A stretch of DNA of 63,513 nt, counting the filler, from a bacterium (GTDB lineage Bacteria > JBBIVP01), in assembly GCA_037439705.1 (NCBI GenBank). It is 3 parts of 3 records of this genome, joined end to end, with 100 filler letters (N's around TTAATTAATTAA, not from the genome) between each part and the next. Parts side by side here need not be neighbours in the genome. Positions count along the whole stretch, not along the records: positions 23,531 to 46,596 come from JBBIVP010000010.1; positions 46,697 to 63,513 come from JBBIVP010000023.1; 1 more part is not named here. One strand, 5' to 3'. Below the pieces are notes generated by a model. The model searched no databases and was not told where the DNA came from. It saw only the letters and a program-made list of their open reading frames with translations. Positions 39,586 to 50,487 of the stretch are shown one piece after another. The stretch's first letter is position 1. Every line of letters starts with the position of its first letter. A program made the translations under genes and the position numbers.

Positions 39586-41397
39586 ATGATTACAACAATT
39601 TTTATAACATATCTCTTCGCATCTATGATAAATGAGGGAGAAATACCATCTTTCACCAAAGAAATTCAAAAATTGATCAATTCTTCTGAAGCAGAGTATA
39701 AAGAACATGAAGATGAACTTTTAACAGCCCTTCTCTCATATGGTATGCTCAGAAACTATCCTGTTTCCTACGCCTTAGTATCCCAGTCTGCAAAGGAGCT
39801 TCTTATGGGCAATTTTTCAAAGGGTGAAAAATTGTATCTCACCGCATCCTATATCTCTCCTGATTTACCAGCAGTTCATTACATATATGCAAAAGCATTA
39901 AAAGATACGGGAATAACAGGAACCTTCAAATCATTTCTTCCATTCTTTAAGTTTGTGGTTCTCAAATACTCAAATACATTTTCATTTTATGAACTCAGGA
40001 TTATATGGATTTATAATATAATTTTATTTACCATATTCATCATTTCACTTACAGCACTCGCCCTTTTTATAAAAAATTTTTCATCCCTGGTCCATTTCTT
40101 CAATGAAATTATGGGATTTTTCCTCCCAGAATGGGGAATAAAAGTGCTAATTTTTCTTTTCTTTATTATTCCATTCTTCCTCAAAATACCCATTGGCTAC
40201 CTAATTCCATCTTATCTGACATTCCTTCTAATTTTTGAAAGAAAAGGAGGATGGAGTGCGAGGGTACTCGGGTTTCTTCTTCTAATTTTATTCGGGAGCC
40301 TGAACTTCACGGGGAAAAAGCTCTCAACTTACTTTGCCCAGGAAAGACTTCAATATTTGACCTACCTATACAATTATCATTCAGGACAATGGACGCAAGA
40401 ACTTTTAACACTGGAACTTAACGAAAAGGAAAGCAATGAAAAACTCTTCCTTAAGGGATTGACCTTCATAAAAATGGGAGAATATGAAAAGGCAAAATTG
40501 ATTTTTGAAAACCTGTTAAAAAACGGTTATTACAAAGAAAAATGTCTGAATAATCTCGGAATTATAGAATATGCCCTTGGAAATATACAAAATAGTGAAA
40601 AACTATTTTATGAAAGAATTAAAACATCTGAACTTATCCCTGAAGCCCATTATAACCTCTCTATCATATATTTCTCACAGGCAAAACTCGAAGAAGCAAA
40701 AGAAGAACTGGAAATAGCAAAGAGAATACTTCCTCAAACTATTGAAAAGATATCACGATTTTCATCAAAAGAGAACATAAATCTCCTCTTCATTCCATCA
40801 GAAATTCATCCATCAGAACTCATTAACAGGTTTAAGGAAAATTCAGACCCGGAGATTTATAAAGAACTAATGAAAACTTTTTTTGGAAAATATCCCGAGG
40901 ATAAGGCTTTAAGCGCAAGCATTATATGCGGAATCATCATACTCATATTTCAGATTCCATTTATCAAAAGGTTCTTACCCAATCTCTGCAAAAGATGTGA
41001 AAGGGTATACTGTTCCCTCTGCGATGATTCTCCCCTTGAAAATGAATGCGGACTCTGTTATACTATTTATATTCTCAAAGAAAAAATTTCGCCTGAAGAA
41101 AGGATAAAATTTGAAATTGAGACCTCAAAAAGATACCATAGAAAAAGATGGATGGTCATAATATCAAACATACTCCTTCCCGGTATGGGTTATATAGTTG
41201 GAAATAAAAACATAAGGGGATTTATTCTTTTGTCTTTCTGGATTCTCCTTCTTGAACCACTCTTTTTCTCAAATCAGTTAACAAGGGGACTGATGCCATT
41301 TTCGGTTGAAATAAGTCTGTTTGAAATAGCGAGTGTTGGCTTAGTTGCTTTCATAGTATGGATATTAACCGTTTTCAGAATGAGAAGCTGGAGGTAA
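39586..41397 (+). CDS. Membrane protein with TPR repeats and Cys-rich motif
   Basis: Several TMs, TPRs (CLNNLGIIEY, AHYNLS), CKRC...CSLC...CGLC, LLPGMG. Confidence 0.8.
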   Translation: MITTIFITYLFASMINEGEIPSFTKEIQKLINSSEAEYKEHEDELLTALLSYGMLRNYPVSYALVSQSAKELLMGNFSKGEKLYLTASYISPDLPAVHYIYAKALKDTGITGTFKSFLPFFKFVVLKYSNTFSFYELRIIWIYNIILFTIFIISLTALALFIKNFSSLVHFFNEIMGFFLPEWGIKVLIFLFFIIPFFLKIPIGYLIPSYLTFLLIFERKGGWSARVLGFLLLILFGSLNFTGKKLSTYFAQERLQYLTYLYNYHSGQWTQELLTLELNEKESNEKLFLKGLTFIKMGEYEKAKLIFENLLKNGYYKEKCLNNLGIIEYALGNIQNSEKLFYERIKTSELIPEAHYNLSIIYFSQAKLEEAKEELEIAKRILPQTIEKISRFSSKENINLLFIPSEIHPSELINRFKENSDPEIYKELMKTFFGKYPEDKALSASIICGIIILIFQIPFIKRFLPNLCKRCERVYCSLCDDSPLENECGLCYTIYILKEKISPEERIKFEIETSKRYHRKRWMVIISNILLPGMGYIVGNKNIRGFILLSFWILLLEPLFFSNQLTRGLMPFSVEISLFEIASVGLVAFIVWILTVFRMRSWR

Positions 41398-41398
41398 A

Positions 41399-42499
41399 AT
41401 GGCTATAAAAGAGCAAATAAAAGGAAAATCAACAGGTGAAGGGGTTTTAAAGTATTTTCAAAATATATCGGCGGATAGAAAAAACGGAATATTTGTTTTA
41501 AAAACAAAAGAAGGGAAAGAAATTCAGATTCTATTTTATGACGGGAAAATTATATATGCAGAATCTGATGTAAAAAACAGGGATAGGGCTATTTTAACAT
41601 ATCTTTCAGAATGTGGGATAATAGATAAAAAGGTAAAAACGAAAATACTGAAGAAAAAAGAAAAATCTAAGGGAGTAAGCATAATTTCGCTTCTGATTGA
41701 AGAAAAACCTGGAACGGAAGATGAAATGGGACAGGCTTTGAGAGCAAGAACACAGGAAATTCTCATTGAACTCCTTATGTCAGAGGAAGTGAGTTTTGAA
41801 TTTATTGAAAAAGGGAAGGGAGAGATAGGATTTAATCCAAAGATTTACCGTCCTATGAATACAGATTCCATAATCTTTGATGCTGCAAGAATCATTGACG
41901 AATTGAAGAACGCCCTTGAACCTGCAAAGGTTTATGAAAACATACCCTCATTATCCGGCACGATTGATGTAGAAACTGCAAAAAAGCTAAGAATCCCGTG
42001 GGAATTTATTGAGTACATTGATGGTAAAAGTGCAATAATAGAAATTGCAAGAAAATCAAGGAAACCAGTTTATGAAACGATGATTTATATATCAGAACTC
42101 TCAAAAAATGAGCTGGTAGAAATAGAAAGGAGTAAAGAGCTCCGGTCAGAAGAGGAAAGGGATAAAAGATGGGAAATAATAAAGCTCTCTTTCAAAAACA
42201 TCATTGCATTTTTATTTATAGGTTTTACAGGAGTTTTTCTCTATGGACTCACCTCAAGCAATTCAAAGGAAAAAATTAAAATTTTTGACCCCTTTGAGGT
42301 AATAAAGGTTGAGAAACAGAAATTAAAAATCAAAACAGCCATTGAAAGTTATAAAACCTTAGAAGGAAGGTATCCTGACTCACTTCTTTTACTGGTAGAA
42401 AAAGGTCTTTTAGAAAAAAAAGATTTGACATTTCCAATAAATAGGTTATATTATTATAAAAAAAGTGAAGATGACACATATTATGAACTTGGATTATAA
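41399..42499 (+). CDS. DUF4388 domain protein with C-terminal TM and small periplasmic domain
   Basis: RKNGIFVL...ILFYDGKIIYAE; TM near residues 268-285; GRYPDSLLLLVEKGLL. Confidence 0.75.
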   Translation: MAIKEQIKGKSTGEGVLKYFQNISADRKNGIFVLKTKEGKEIQILFYDGKIIYAESDVKNRDRAILTYLSECGIIDKKVKTKILKKKEKSKGVSIISLLIEEKPGTEDEMGQALRARTQEILIELLMSEEVSFEFIEKGKGEIGFNPKIYRPMNTDSIIFDAARIIDELKNALEPAKVYENIPSLSGTIDVETAKKLRIPWEFIEYIDGKSAIIEIARKSRKPVYETMIYISELSKNELVEIERSKELRSEEERDKRWEIIKLSFKNIIAFLFIGFTGVFLYGLTSSNSKEKIKIFDPFEVIKVEKQKLKIKTAIESYKTLEGRYPDSLLLLVEKGLLEKKDLTFPINRLYYYKKSEDDTYYELGL

Positions 42500-42516
42500 A
42501 GAAGAGTAATCCTTAC

Positions 42517-43455
42517 ATGGAAGAATTCAGAGAAATCTATTTTGATGACATTGAAGCCTTTCAAAATCTCGCAGGACAATTTAATGAAAATCTCACCTTT
42601 ATAAGCGACAAAACAGGCATTCACATAAGTTCAAGAGGAAATAGAATTTTGCTCTATGGAGCTCCAGAGAAGGTTGAAAAAACTGAAGCACTAATAAATT
42701 CCCTTTATGAATCCATATTAAAAGGAAACAAAATCACCAGGGTTGAAATTGAAAGGCGAATGAAAAATTACGAAGAAACCTCAAAAACAATAATGGAGGA
42801 AGATGTAATTTTTATATCATACAAAAACAAAAAGATAATGCCAAAATCCCCACATCAAAGGGAATATGTAAAAGCGATAGAAAAATACGACATTGTCTTT
42901 GGAATAGGTCCAGCTGGAACAGGAAAGACATATTTGAGCATGGCAATGGCTGTAAAGTATCTCAAAGCAGGATATGTGGACAGAATAATTCTAACAAGAC
43001 CAGCGGTTGAAGCAGGAGAAAAACTCGGATATCTACCCGGAGACATTCAAGAAAAAGTCAACCCTTATTTAAGACCTCTGTATGATGCCCTGCATGACAT
43101 GCTTGAATTTAATCAGGTATCAAGACTTCTCTCAAGGGGAATAATAGAAATCGCTCCGCTCGCCTTTATGAGGGGTAGAACATTAAACAGTGCCTTCATA
43201 ATACTTGACGAAGCGCAGAATACAACATCCGAACAGATGAAGATGTTTCTCACTCGTCTTGGCTTTGATTCAAAAGCAGTTATTACGGGAGATATAACCC
43301 AGGTTGATTTGCCCAAGGAACATAAATCAGGACTTATTGAAGCTCAGCGGATTCTATCTGGAATACCACAAATAAAATTTATTTATTTTGATGGTTCCGA
43401 TGTAGTAAGGCACCCGCTTGTTCAGGAAATAATAAAAGCCTACGATGAAAGATAA
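42517..43455 (+). CDS. phoH: PhoH family ATPase
   Basis: GPAGTGKT, RPAVEAGEKLGYLPG, DEAQN, VVRHPLV. Confidence 0.96.
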   Translation: MEEFREIYFDDIEAFQNLAGQFNENLTFISDKTGIHISSRGNRILLYGAPEKVEKTEALINSLYESILKGNKITRVEIERRMKNYEETSKTIMEEDVIFISYKNKKIMPKSPHQREYVKAIEKYDIVFGIGPAGTGKTYLSMAMAVKYLKAGYVDRIILTRPAVEAGEKLGYLPGDIQEKVNPYLRPLYDALHDMLEFNQVSRLLSRGIIEIAPLAFMRGRTLNSAFIILDEAQNTTSEQMKMFLTRLGFDSKAVITGDITQVDLPKEHKSGLIEAQRILSGIPQIKFIYFDGSDVVRHPLVQEIIKAYDER

Positions 43456-45670
43456 AAAGAATCTTCTCAACAATGTTATAAAATGGGCTCATATCATAGG
43501 GTTTCAGATTTTTATTCTTATAATTATAATGGGAATCCGCGGAAGGTCAAAATATAACCTGCATATAGATATGCCATCTCCATACACTATTGTAGCTGAC
43601 AGGGATTTTCTCATTGAAGACGAGGAGGCGACAAAAAGAAAAATTGAAGAGGCTCGTAGCAAAGTTAACTTTGTGTACGATTATTCTCCTTACTGGAACA
43701 TTAATATACAAGAAAAATTTAAAGGAGCGTTTATAAAATTAAAAGAAAGAACTGAAAATTTGAATACATCCTATATAAAGAATTTTTTTAAAAATGAGGG
43801 AATAGAAATAGACGAAAGGGATGTTGATTATCTGGTAAAAAGTAATTTCTCTACTTCAATTTTAAGAAATGTGGAATCCATTTCTCTGTGGACGAAAAAC
43901 CTGTACATAGTTAGTGAAAAAAACCTCTTTTTAAAACATCTTGAAAAAGGGATATCAATAAGGATTTTAAAAAGTGATGGAACCATAGAAAGCGAAATAC
44001 AACTTGAAGATATGACAAACATAATGGATGTGGAGGAAGTTAAAAAAAATATCAGCCTCAGGATAAAATCTCCTGGATTAAAAAACCTCGTTGAAAAACT
44101 GATAGTTCCCAATTTATATTTTAACGAGAGCGAAACTCTAAAAAGAAAGGTTGAGGCGGAAAGATCCGTAAAACCTGTTTTTCACAGTATCAAAAAAGGA
44201 GAGGTTCTTGTAAGAACAGGAGACAGGGTTACAGAAGAAATCTGGAAAAAAATCAAGGTATTTAAAGCCATAAAAGGAAAATCTCATGAATGGAAATTCT
44301 ATTTGGGAAGTTCTTTACTTAATCTGTTCATATTCTTTATAATTTTTTACTATCTTCCTTCAAAAATAAAAGAATACAATCTCTCAATAAAAGATATTTC
44401 TTTCCTTTCCCTGATTATTCTACTCTCGGTGGGGATAACAAAACTCCTTCTGGTTGTTGGCGATGCGATATCATTAAAATACGGTTGGGAAATCGGAATA
44501 TCATTTCCATTTTTGTTACCAATCCCCATGGCTCCTATGATTGCCTTTTCCTTTCTTGGCTCAATTCATGCATTTTTAATTTTCATAACGATGATAACTA
44601 TTGAAGCGGCACTTTTAAAAATCCATATATATGCAGTTCTTTTCCACCTCCTCTACGGATTAACGCTGATTTTTTTCTTGAGGTCGAAAAGAATGAAAAT
44701 AGCGGTAGCAAAAGCAGGATTAAAAAGTATCCTCTGGAGCATGTTCTTTGCAACAGGAATTGGACTAATAGCAGGAAGTGGGGAGCTTATAAACCTCCTC
44801 AAATTCAACTTCTATGGGATATCCTGTGGAATTTTATCGGGCATATTATCTGCTGGAATCATCCCTCTTGCAGAAATAATTTTTGGATACACCTCAGAAC
44901 TAAAACTTCTTGAACTCTCGTACAGAGAGCATCCCCTGCTTAAACAAATGGTTTTGAATGCATCGGGAACTTTTCAGCACAGCCTGATGGTGAGCGACCT
45001 CGCTGAAGAAGCTGCTGAGGCAATAAAAGCAAATTCCACCATTGCAAAGATAGGAGGACTTTATCATGACATCGGGAAGATAACTAAACCGGAATTCTTC
45101 ATAGAAAACCAGAAACCTGGCAATAATCCACATGACCATCTATCTCCAAAGATGAGTGCCCTCATTGTAGTCTCTCATGTGAAGGAGGGAAAGGAACTGG
45201 CTTTAAAACACAAACTCCCGCGGGAAATTATAGAGATTATTGAAACACATCATGGGACATCGGTTGTTCAGTATTTTTATGACAAGGCAAAAAAAATATG
45301 GGACCCCGAGAAATCGGAATTAAGCGCTGAGGATTTCAGATATCCAGGACCAAAACCAAAAACGAAAGAAGAATGTATAGTAATGATGGCGGATAGAGTG
45401 GAAGCAGCGGTTAGGGTCCTGGATCCGATAACTCCCCAGAAAATAGAGGGGGCAGTAGAGGAGATATTCAAAAAACTATTTGATGATGGGCAACTTGATA
45501 AATGTGATATCACCACCCAGGAAATAGCACTCATAAAAGAAGTTTTTGTAAAAAAACTCGTTGCTACCTATCACCACAGGATAGATTATCCGTCCACATT
45601 AAAAAGAAAAGCAAAAGTGCTTCAATTCGGGGTAGGAAATGCTGAAAGTTTCAATAAGGACTCAAAATAA
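43445..45670 (+). CDS. 7TM receptor HD-domain phosphohydrolase (PgpH/YqfF-like)
   Basis: Extracellular domain, about 7 TMs, GTFQHS, YHDIGK, HHGT, FRYPGPKP. Confidence 0.9.
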   Translation: MKDKKNLLNNVIKWAHIIGFQIFILIIIMGIRGRSKYNLHIDMPSPYTIVADRDFLIEDEEATKRKIEEARSKVNFVYDYSPYWNINIQEKFKGAFIKLKERTENLNTSYIKNFFKNEGIEIDERDVDYLVKSNFSTSILRNVESISLWTKNLYIVSEKNLFLKHLEKGISIRILKSDGTIESEIQLEDMTNIMDVEEVKKNISLRIKSPGLKNLVEKLIVPNLYFNESETLKRKVEAERSVKPVFHSIKKGEVLVRTGDRVTEEIWKKIKVFKAIKGKSHEWKFYLGSSLLNLFIFFIIFYYLPSKIKEYNLSIKDISFLSLIILLSVGITKLLLVVGDAISLKYGWEIGISFPFLLPIPMAPMIAFSFLGSIHAFLIFITMITIEAALLKIHIYAVLFHLLYGLTLIFFLRSKRMKIAVAKAGLKSILWSMFFATGIGLIAGSGELINLLKFNFYGISCGILSGILSAGIIPLAEIIFGYTSELKLLELSYREHPLLKQMVLNASGTFQHSLMVSDLAEEAAEAIKANSTIAKIGGLYHDIGKITKPEFFIENQKPGNNPHDHLSPKMSALIVVSHVKEGKELALKHKLPREIIEIIETHHGTSVVQYFYDKAKKIWDPEKSELSAEDFRYPGPKPKTKEECIVMMADRVEAAVRVLDPITPQKIEGAVEEIFKKLFDDGQLDKCDITTQEIALIKEVFVKKLVATYHHRIDYPSTLKRKAKVLQFGVGNAESFNKDSK

Positions 45671-46070
45671 AGAAGCGGTTTTTGATAAAAATTTGATGGT
45701 CAATCTTACAAAATATGTTTTTAAGAAAATAAATTTTCTAAAAAGGGGAAAGAACATCATTCTGGACATAACTTTTCTTCCAGAAGAAGAAATGAGAAAT
45801 CTGAACCGAAAATATAGAAGAATTGATAAAAAAACCTCATCGCTTGCTTTTTCCTATGGAAGTCCGTTTAATAATGAAAAAACTTTTATAGGAGAAATAC
45901 TTTTAAACGAAAAGGTTCTCAAAAAGAAACAAAACAAATTTTTAGAGATTTTCCTTCATGCCCTTCTACATATAGGAGGATATAATCATTCAAAACCTGC
46001 TGAAAGGAAAAAAATGTTTGCTCTTCAAAAAAATTTGCTTGATGAACTTATAAGAAAAAAATGGTGTTGA
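45639..46070 (+). CDS. ybeY: rRNA maturation endoribonuclease YbeY
   Basis: LNRKYR and HALLHIGGYNH metal-binding motif; conserved synteny. Confidence 0.85.
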   Translation: MLKVSIRTQNKEAVFDKNLMVNLTKYVFKKINFLKRGKNIILDITFLPEEEMRNLNRKYRRIDKKTSSLAFSYGSPFNNEKTFIGEILLNEKVLKKKQNKFLEIFLHALLHIGGYNHSKPAERKKMFALQKNLLDELIRKKWC

Positions 46071-46596
46071 TGAGAAAAAAAGAGAAAAATTTAGAAGCAA
46101 CTTTTGAGGATTATGTAAATAAAGGTTTAAAAAAGGGAATCCTTGACGAATACGAAACTGAAATCCTCAAAAAGCTTTACAGAACAAGGAATAAAAAGGT
46201 AAGGGATGTAATGATAAAAAGGCAGAATGTGGTGGCTGCGAAAGCAGATATTCCTTTTAATGAACTCATTGAGCTTTTCAGCAAAAGTGGTTTAAGCAGG
46301 TTGCCTGTTTACGAAAAAACGCTTGATAATATAATAGGAATTATTTACATCAAAGATGTCATAAAACTGTTAAATCAGGAAGAAAAAAATATAGTGAAAG
46401 TAATGAGAAATCCGTACTTCGTTCCAGAATCAAAGGACATAAGGACGCTTTTTAAGGAAATGAGGGACAGGAGGATTCATATTGGTGTGGTATTTGATGA
46501 ATACGGAGGAGTTACTGGGGTGGTAACAATTGAAGATATAACGGAAGAAATATTCGGTGAAATTTACGATGAGGGGGATAAAGAAAAAAGGGAAAT
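46061..46596 (+). CDS. CBS-domain CorC/HlyC family protein (truncated by contig end)
   Basis: SRLPVY, FVPESK, DEYGGVTGVVTIEDITEEIFGEI. Confidence 0.88.
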
Positions 46597-46696
46597 NNNN
46601 NNNNNNNNNNNNNNNNNNNNNNNNNNNNNNNNNNNNNNNNTTAATTAATTAANNNNNNNNNNNNNNNNNNNNNNNNNNNNNNNNNNNNNNNNNNNN
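46597..46696. other. Artificial contig-joining spacer
   Basis: 44 N + TTAATTAATTAA + 44 N. Confidence 0.97.
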
Positions 46697-47265
46697 CCAG
46701 AGTATGTCTTCGGCGACCAACAAACTTCCCATGAACCACCATCCAGCTGGCATTCAAAAGAGCAACTCCCTTCATTACAGGCAAATTCAAATGTCGCAGA
46801 TGTAGAATTTGATGAATCTGTAGGATTCAAGGTAATTGCTGTATCAGGAGGAATTGTATCTATGACCCATGTATAAACAGCGGGGCTCGGGTCTATATTC
46901 CCTGCTTGGTCTATTGCACGAACTCCAAATGTATGAATGCCATTTGAAAGTCCTTGGTATGCTATTGGCGATGTGCAAACTTCCCATGAACCACTATCCA
47001 GCTGGCATTCAAAATCGCAACTCCCTTCATTACAGACAAATTCAAATGTCGCAGATGTAGAATTCGTTGGGTTTTTAGGATATGTTGTAATTGCTGTATC
47101 AAGAGGAATTGTATCTCCCTCTACAGGAATGCATTCCCCATCTTCACAGATCTGCCCATCAGGGCAATCAGCATTCGTCTTACAACCCTCTTCCTTACCG
47201 CATCCTAAAAAGACCAGAACAAAAACAAACAAGAGAGCCGTGAGCAGTAACCCCTTCTTTTCCAT
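46697..47265 (-). CDS. Surface lipoprotein with Cys-rich module and tandem Ig-like repeats (truncated by contig end)
   Basis: AGGAGGT SD, lipobox FLGC, CKTNADCPDGQICEDGEC, 85-aa repeats DTAIT...ATFEF...FECQLD.GSWEVC.SP. Confidence 0.82.
46721..47115. repeat. Intragenic tandem repeat, 255-nt period
   Basis: 46721-46860 closely matches 46976-47115 (for example caaacttcccatgaaccac, gcaactcccttcattacag, caaattcaaatgtcgcagatgtagaatt). Confidence 0.9.
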
Positions 47266-47346
47266 CTTGCACCTCCTTGAATTTTTTTAGAATTTAAAAT
47301 AAAAAAACGATAAAATCAAGTAAAATCAAAATCTCGGACTTCGGAT

Positions 47347-47375
47347 TTGATTTTTCCTTTTGAGGGGATTATATT
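47347..47375 (+). promoter_or_regulatory. Sigma70 promoter for pheA, probably leaderless
   Basis: TTGATT-17 nt-TATATT, ending 6 nt before ATG 47382. Confidence 0.55.
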
Positions 47376-47381
47376 TAAAGC

Positions 47382-48212
47382 ATGTTAAAGGTTTCCTATC
47401 TTGGGCCGGAAGGAAGTTTTTCCCACCTTCTCGCACTTGAAAGGTGGAAAGAAGAATGTGAACTCATACCCTTTAAAACAATAAATGAAATTTTTGAGGC
47501 GGTTATAAAAAAAAGAGTTGATATTGCCCTTGTTCCTATAGAAAACTCATTCGGAGGACTCCTCTACGATACCTTGGACGAACTTGTCAGCCGAAGTTTT
47601 TTAAAAAGCGGATTAAGAATAAAGGAAGAGATTTCCAAGAGAATAAGGCTTTGTATTCTCGGAAGAAAGGGAGAAAAACCGGAAAAGATATATTCCCATC
47701 CATATCCCCTCATCTACATGAGAAAATGGCTTAAAAAGAATATGCCCGACCTCCAGATTGTTGAGGTTTCAAGCACTGCAGAAGCGGCAAGAATTTCTGC
47801 TGAGACTCCTGGTTCTCTCGCAATAGCAAGTAAGGAGGCAGGGAAAATTTATAACCTTGATATTTTATATGAGGAAAAATCAAAAAATGCCAAAAACATA
47901 ACCAGTTTCTTTGTAATAGGAAAAGGGAAGAATTCAAAAAGCGGAAACGAAAAGACAGCCATTGTTTTCTCTTTAAAGCATGCTCCCGGAACACTCTACA
48001 GAGCCCTCGGCGCTTTTGCCAGAAGAAGGATAAACCTCACAAGAATAATCTCAAGACCACATCCAGAAAGAAGGAAATTTGGAGAATACATATTTTTTGT
48101 AGAATTTGAAGGACACGAAGATGAATCTCGTGTAAAAAATGCCCTCAAAGAGTTATCAAAATCCACCCTTTATTATAAAACCCTCGGTTCATATAAAAAA
48201 ATAGAGCTATAA
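47382..48212 (+). CDS. pheA: Prephenate dehydratase with ACT domain
   Basis: YLGPEGSFS, VPIENS, YSHP, SSTAEAA, INLTRIISRP. Confidence 0.92.
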   Translation: MLKVSYLGPEGSFSHLLALERWKEECELIPFKTINEIFEAVIKKRVDIALVPIENSFGGLLYDTLDELVSRSFLKSGLRIKEEISKRIRLCILGRKGEKPEKIYSHPYPLIYMRKWLKKNMPDLQIVEVSSTAEAARISAETPGSLAIASKEAGKIYNLDILYEEKSKNAKNITSFFVIGKGKNSKSGNEKTAIVFSLKHAPGTLYRALGAFARRRINLTRIISRPHPERRKFGEYIFFVEFEGHEDESRVKNALKELSKSTLYYKTLGSYKKIEL

Positions 48213-48253
48213 CTTTCCCGCTACGCTACAAAGTTCTTATTCCATTTTGCATT

Positions 48254-49282
48254 TTATCCCAAAATTCTCCTCATAAGTTCAGGAGATTCAAGAAGCTTGC
48301 CTCCTCCTCTTGCAACGCATGTAATTGGGTCATCTGCTATGGAAACAGGAAGATGAACCTCCTCTTTTATTAATAAATCTATATTTCTCAAAAGTGATCC
48401 ACCACCTGTAAGAACAATACCCCTTTCCACAATGTCTCCTGCAAGCTCTGGCGGCGTTTTTTCAAGTGTTGTCCTTACTCCACTGATTATCGCTTTTAAA
48501 GGTGCTTCTAAAGCCACCCTTACCTCATCTTCTTTTACTTCAACTGTTTTCGGAATCCCTGTAACAATGTCCCTTCCCTTTATTTCCATTGACCTGTCCT
48601 CACCGGTAGGATAGGCACTTCCTATGGTTATTTTTATCTCCTCCGCTGTTTTTTCTCCTATCAGGAGGTTATACTTCCTTTTAATATGGGCTATTATAGA
48701 CTCGTCCATCTTATCGCCAGCTACCCTCAATGATGTACTTGTAACAATTCCACCGAGGGAAATAACAGCCACTTCAGTTGTTCCTCCACCAATATCAACA
48801 ACCATATTTCCAGATGCTTCAAGAACAGGAAGACCAGCACCTATAGCTGCAGCCATCGGTTCTTCTATTATGTAAACCTCCCTCGCTATAAGCTGTGCAG
48901 AATCTTTTACAGCCCTTCTTTCCACATCCGTAACCCCGTGGGGCACACATATTACGATTTTCTTTTTCAGAAAAAATACTCTGTTCTGAGAAATCCTCCT
49001 TATAAACTCTTTGAGCATCATTTCTGTAATTGTGAAATCTGCAATAACTCCATCTTTCAACGGTCTTATTGTCTCAATATCTGATGGGGTTTTACCAAGC
49101 ATTTCTTTTGCTTCTTTGCCTATACTAACTATCTCAAATCCTCCCCTTTCACTTCTTCTTATAGCTACGACCGAGGGTTCGTTCAGAACAATCCCTTTTC
49201 CTTTCTCATATATTATTGTGCTCGCTGTTCCAAGGTCAACTGCGATATAACTGGAAAAAAAATCAAATATTTTCTTTATCAT
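48254..49282 (-). CDS. mreB: Rod shape-determining protein MreB
   Basis: [40 protein letters not shown]. Confidence 0.96.
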   Translation of the reverse strand: MIKKIFDFFSSYIAVDLGTASTIIYEKGKGIVLNEPSVVAIRRSERGGFEIVSIGKEAKEMLGKTPSDIETIRPLKDGVIADFTITEMMLKEFIRRISQNRVFFLKKKIVICVPHGVTDVERRAVKDSAQLIAREVYIIEEPMAAAIGAGLPVLEASGNMVVDIGGGTTEVAVISLGGIVTSTSLRVAGDKMDESIIAHIKRKYNLLIGEKTAEEIKITIGSAYPTGEDRSMEIKGRDIVTGIPKTVEVKEDEVRVALEAPLKAIISGVRTTLEKTPPELAGDIVERGIVLTGGGSLLRNIDLLIKEEVHLPVSIADDPITCVARGGGKLLESPELMRRILG

Positions 49283-50480
49283 CCCCCCTTCTCCTCATGC
49301 TGAACAATTTAAGTCTCAATGCATTTATGTTTATGAAACCGGCAGAATCTTTCATGTTGAATCCACCTTCCTCTTCAAAAGAGACAATGGATTTCCTGTA
49401 GAGAGAAAAATCGGATTTCCTTCCTGTAACGATAACATTCCCTTTGTAAAGCTTAAGCCTCACCACCCCGCTAACTTTTTCCTGACTTTTATCAATTAGT
49501 GCCTGCAAAAGCTCCCTTTCAGGAGAAAACCAGTAACCATAATAGATGAGTTCAGAATACTTGGGGATAAGAGAATCCCTTATTCTCATAACCTCCCTGT
49601 CCATGGTTATTGACTCAATCGCTCTGTGAGCAACATGAAGGATTGTTCCACCGGGAGTTTCATACACTCCCCTTGATTTCATTCCTACATATCTATTTTC
49701 AACCACATCGCTTCTGCCTACTCCGTTTCTACCTCCTATCTCGTTCAACTTTTCAAGGAGTGGAAACGGAGAAAGCCTTTCTCCATTAATGCCAACTGGA
49801 TTTCCATTTTCAAACTCAATCTCAATTACCTCTGGTCTATCAGGAGCCTTTTCAGGTGAAACTGTCAATGTAAACATATCCTCAGGAGGCTCCATCCACG
49901 GGTCTTCCAGAATACCTCCCTCATAACTTGTATGATATGCATTTCTATCTATGCTGTATGGTCTTTTCACAGTAACAGGAACCTCAAGCCCTCTCTCTTT
50001 AGCATATCTTACAAGGTCAGCTCTCCCCTTAAAATCCCATATCCTCCATGGTGCTATTGCTTTTATTGTTGGCTCCAAAAAATAATAAGAAATCTCAAAC
50101 CTTACCTGGTCATTTCCTTTTCCTGTTGCTCCATGAGCAACAGCATCGGCACCCAATTTTCTGGCATATCCTATCTGACCTTCTGCTATCAATGGACGAG
50201 CAATAGATGTGCCAAGAAGATAACCTTCATAAACAGCATTTGCCCTTATCATGGGAAATATAAAATCTCTCACAAACTTTTCCCTCAAATCTTCTACATA
50301 AGCATCTTTTGCTCCTGTCTTCAATGCTTTTTTTCTTATTGCTTCAAGATCTTCCTTCTGCCCGAGATCCGCTATATATGCGTAAACATCGCATTTATAG
50401 GTTTCAATGAGCCATCTTAAAATTACTGTGGTATCCAACCCTCCCGAATATGCAAGAACTATCCTCTTGACTTTCTCCAT
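49263..50480 (-). CDS. argG: Argininosuccinate synthase
   Basis: [40 protein letters not shown]; start set at ATG 50480. Confidence 0.98.
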   Translation of the reverse strand: MEKVKRIVLAYSGGLDTTVILRWLIETYKCDVYAYIADLGQKEDLEAIRKKALKTGAKDAYVEDLREKFVRDFIFPMIRANAVYEGYLLGTSIARPLIAEGQIGYARKLGADAVAHGATGKGNDQVRFEISYYFLEPTIKAIAPWRIWDFKGRADLVRYAKERGLEVPVTVKRPYSIDRNAYHTSYEGGILEDPWMEPPEDMFTLTVSPEKAPDRPEVIEIEFENGNPVGINGERLSPFPLLEKLNEIGGRNGVGRSDVVENRYVGMKSRGVYETPGGTILHVAHRAIESITMDREVMRIRDSLIPKYSELIYYGYWFSPERELLQALIDKSQEKVSGVVRLKLYKGNVIVTGRKSDFSLYRKSIVSFEEEGGFNMKDSAGFININALRLKLFSMRRRGDDKENI

Positions 50481-50487
50481 AGACCGA

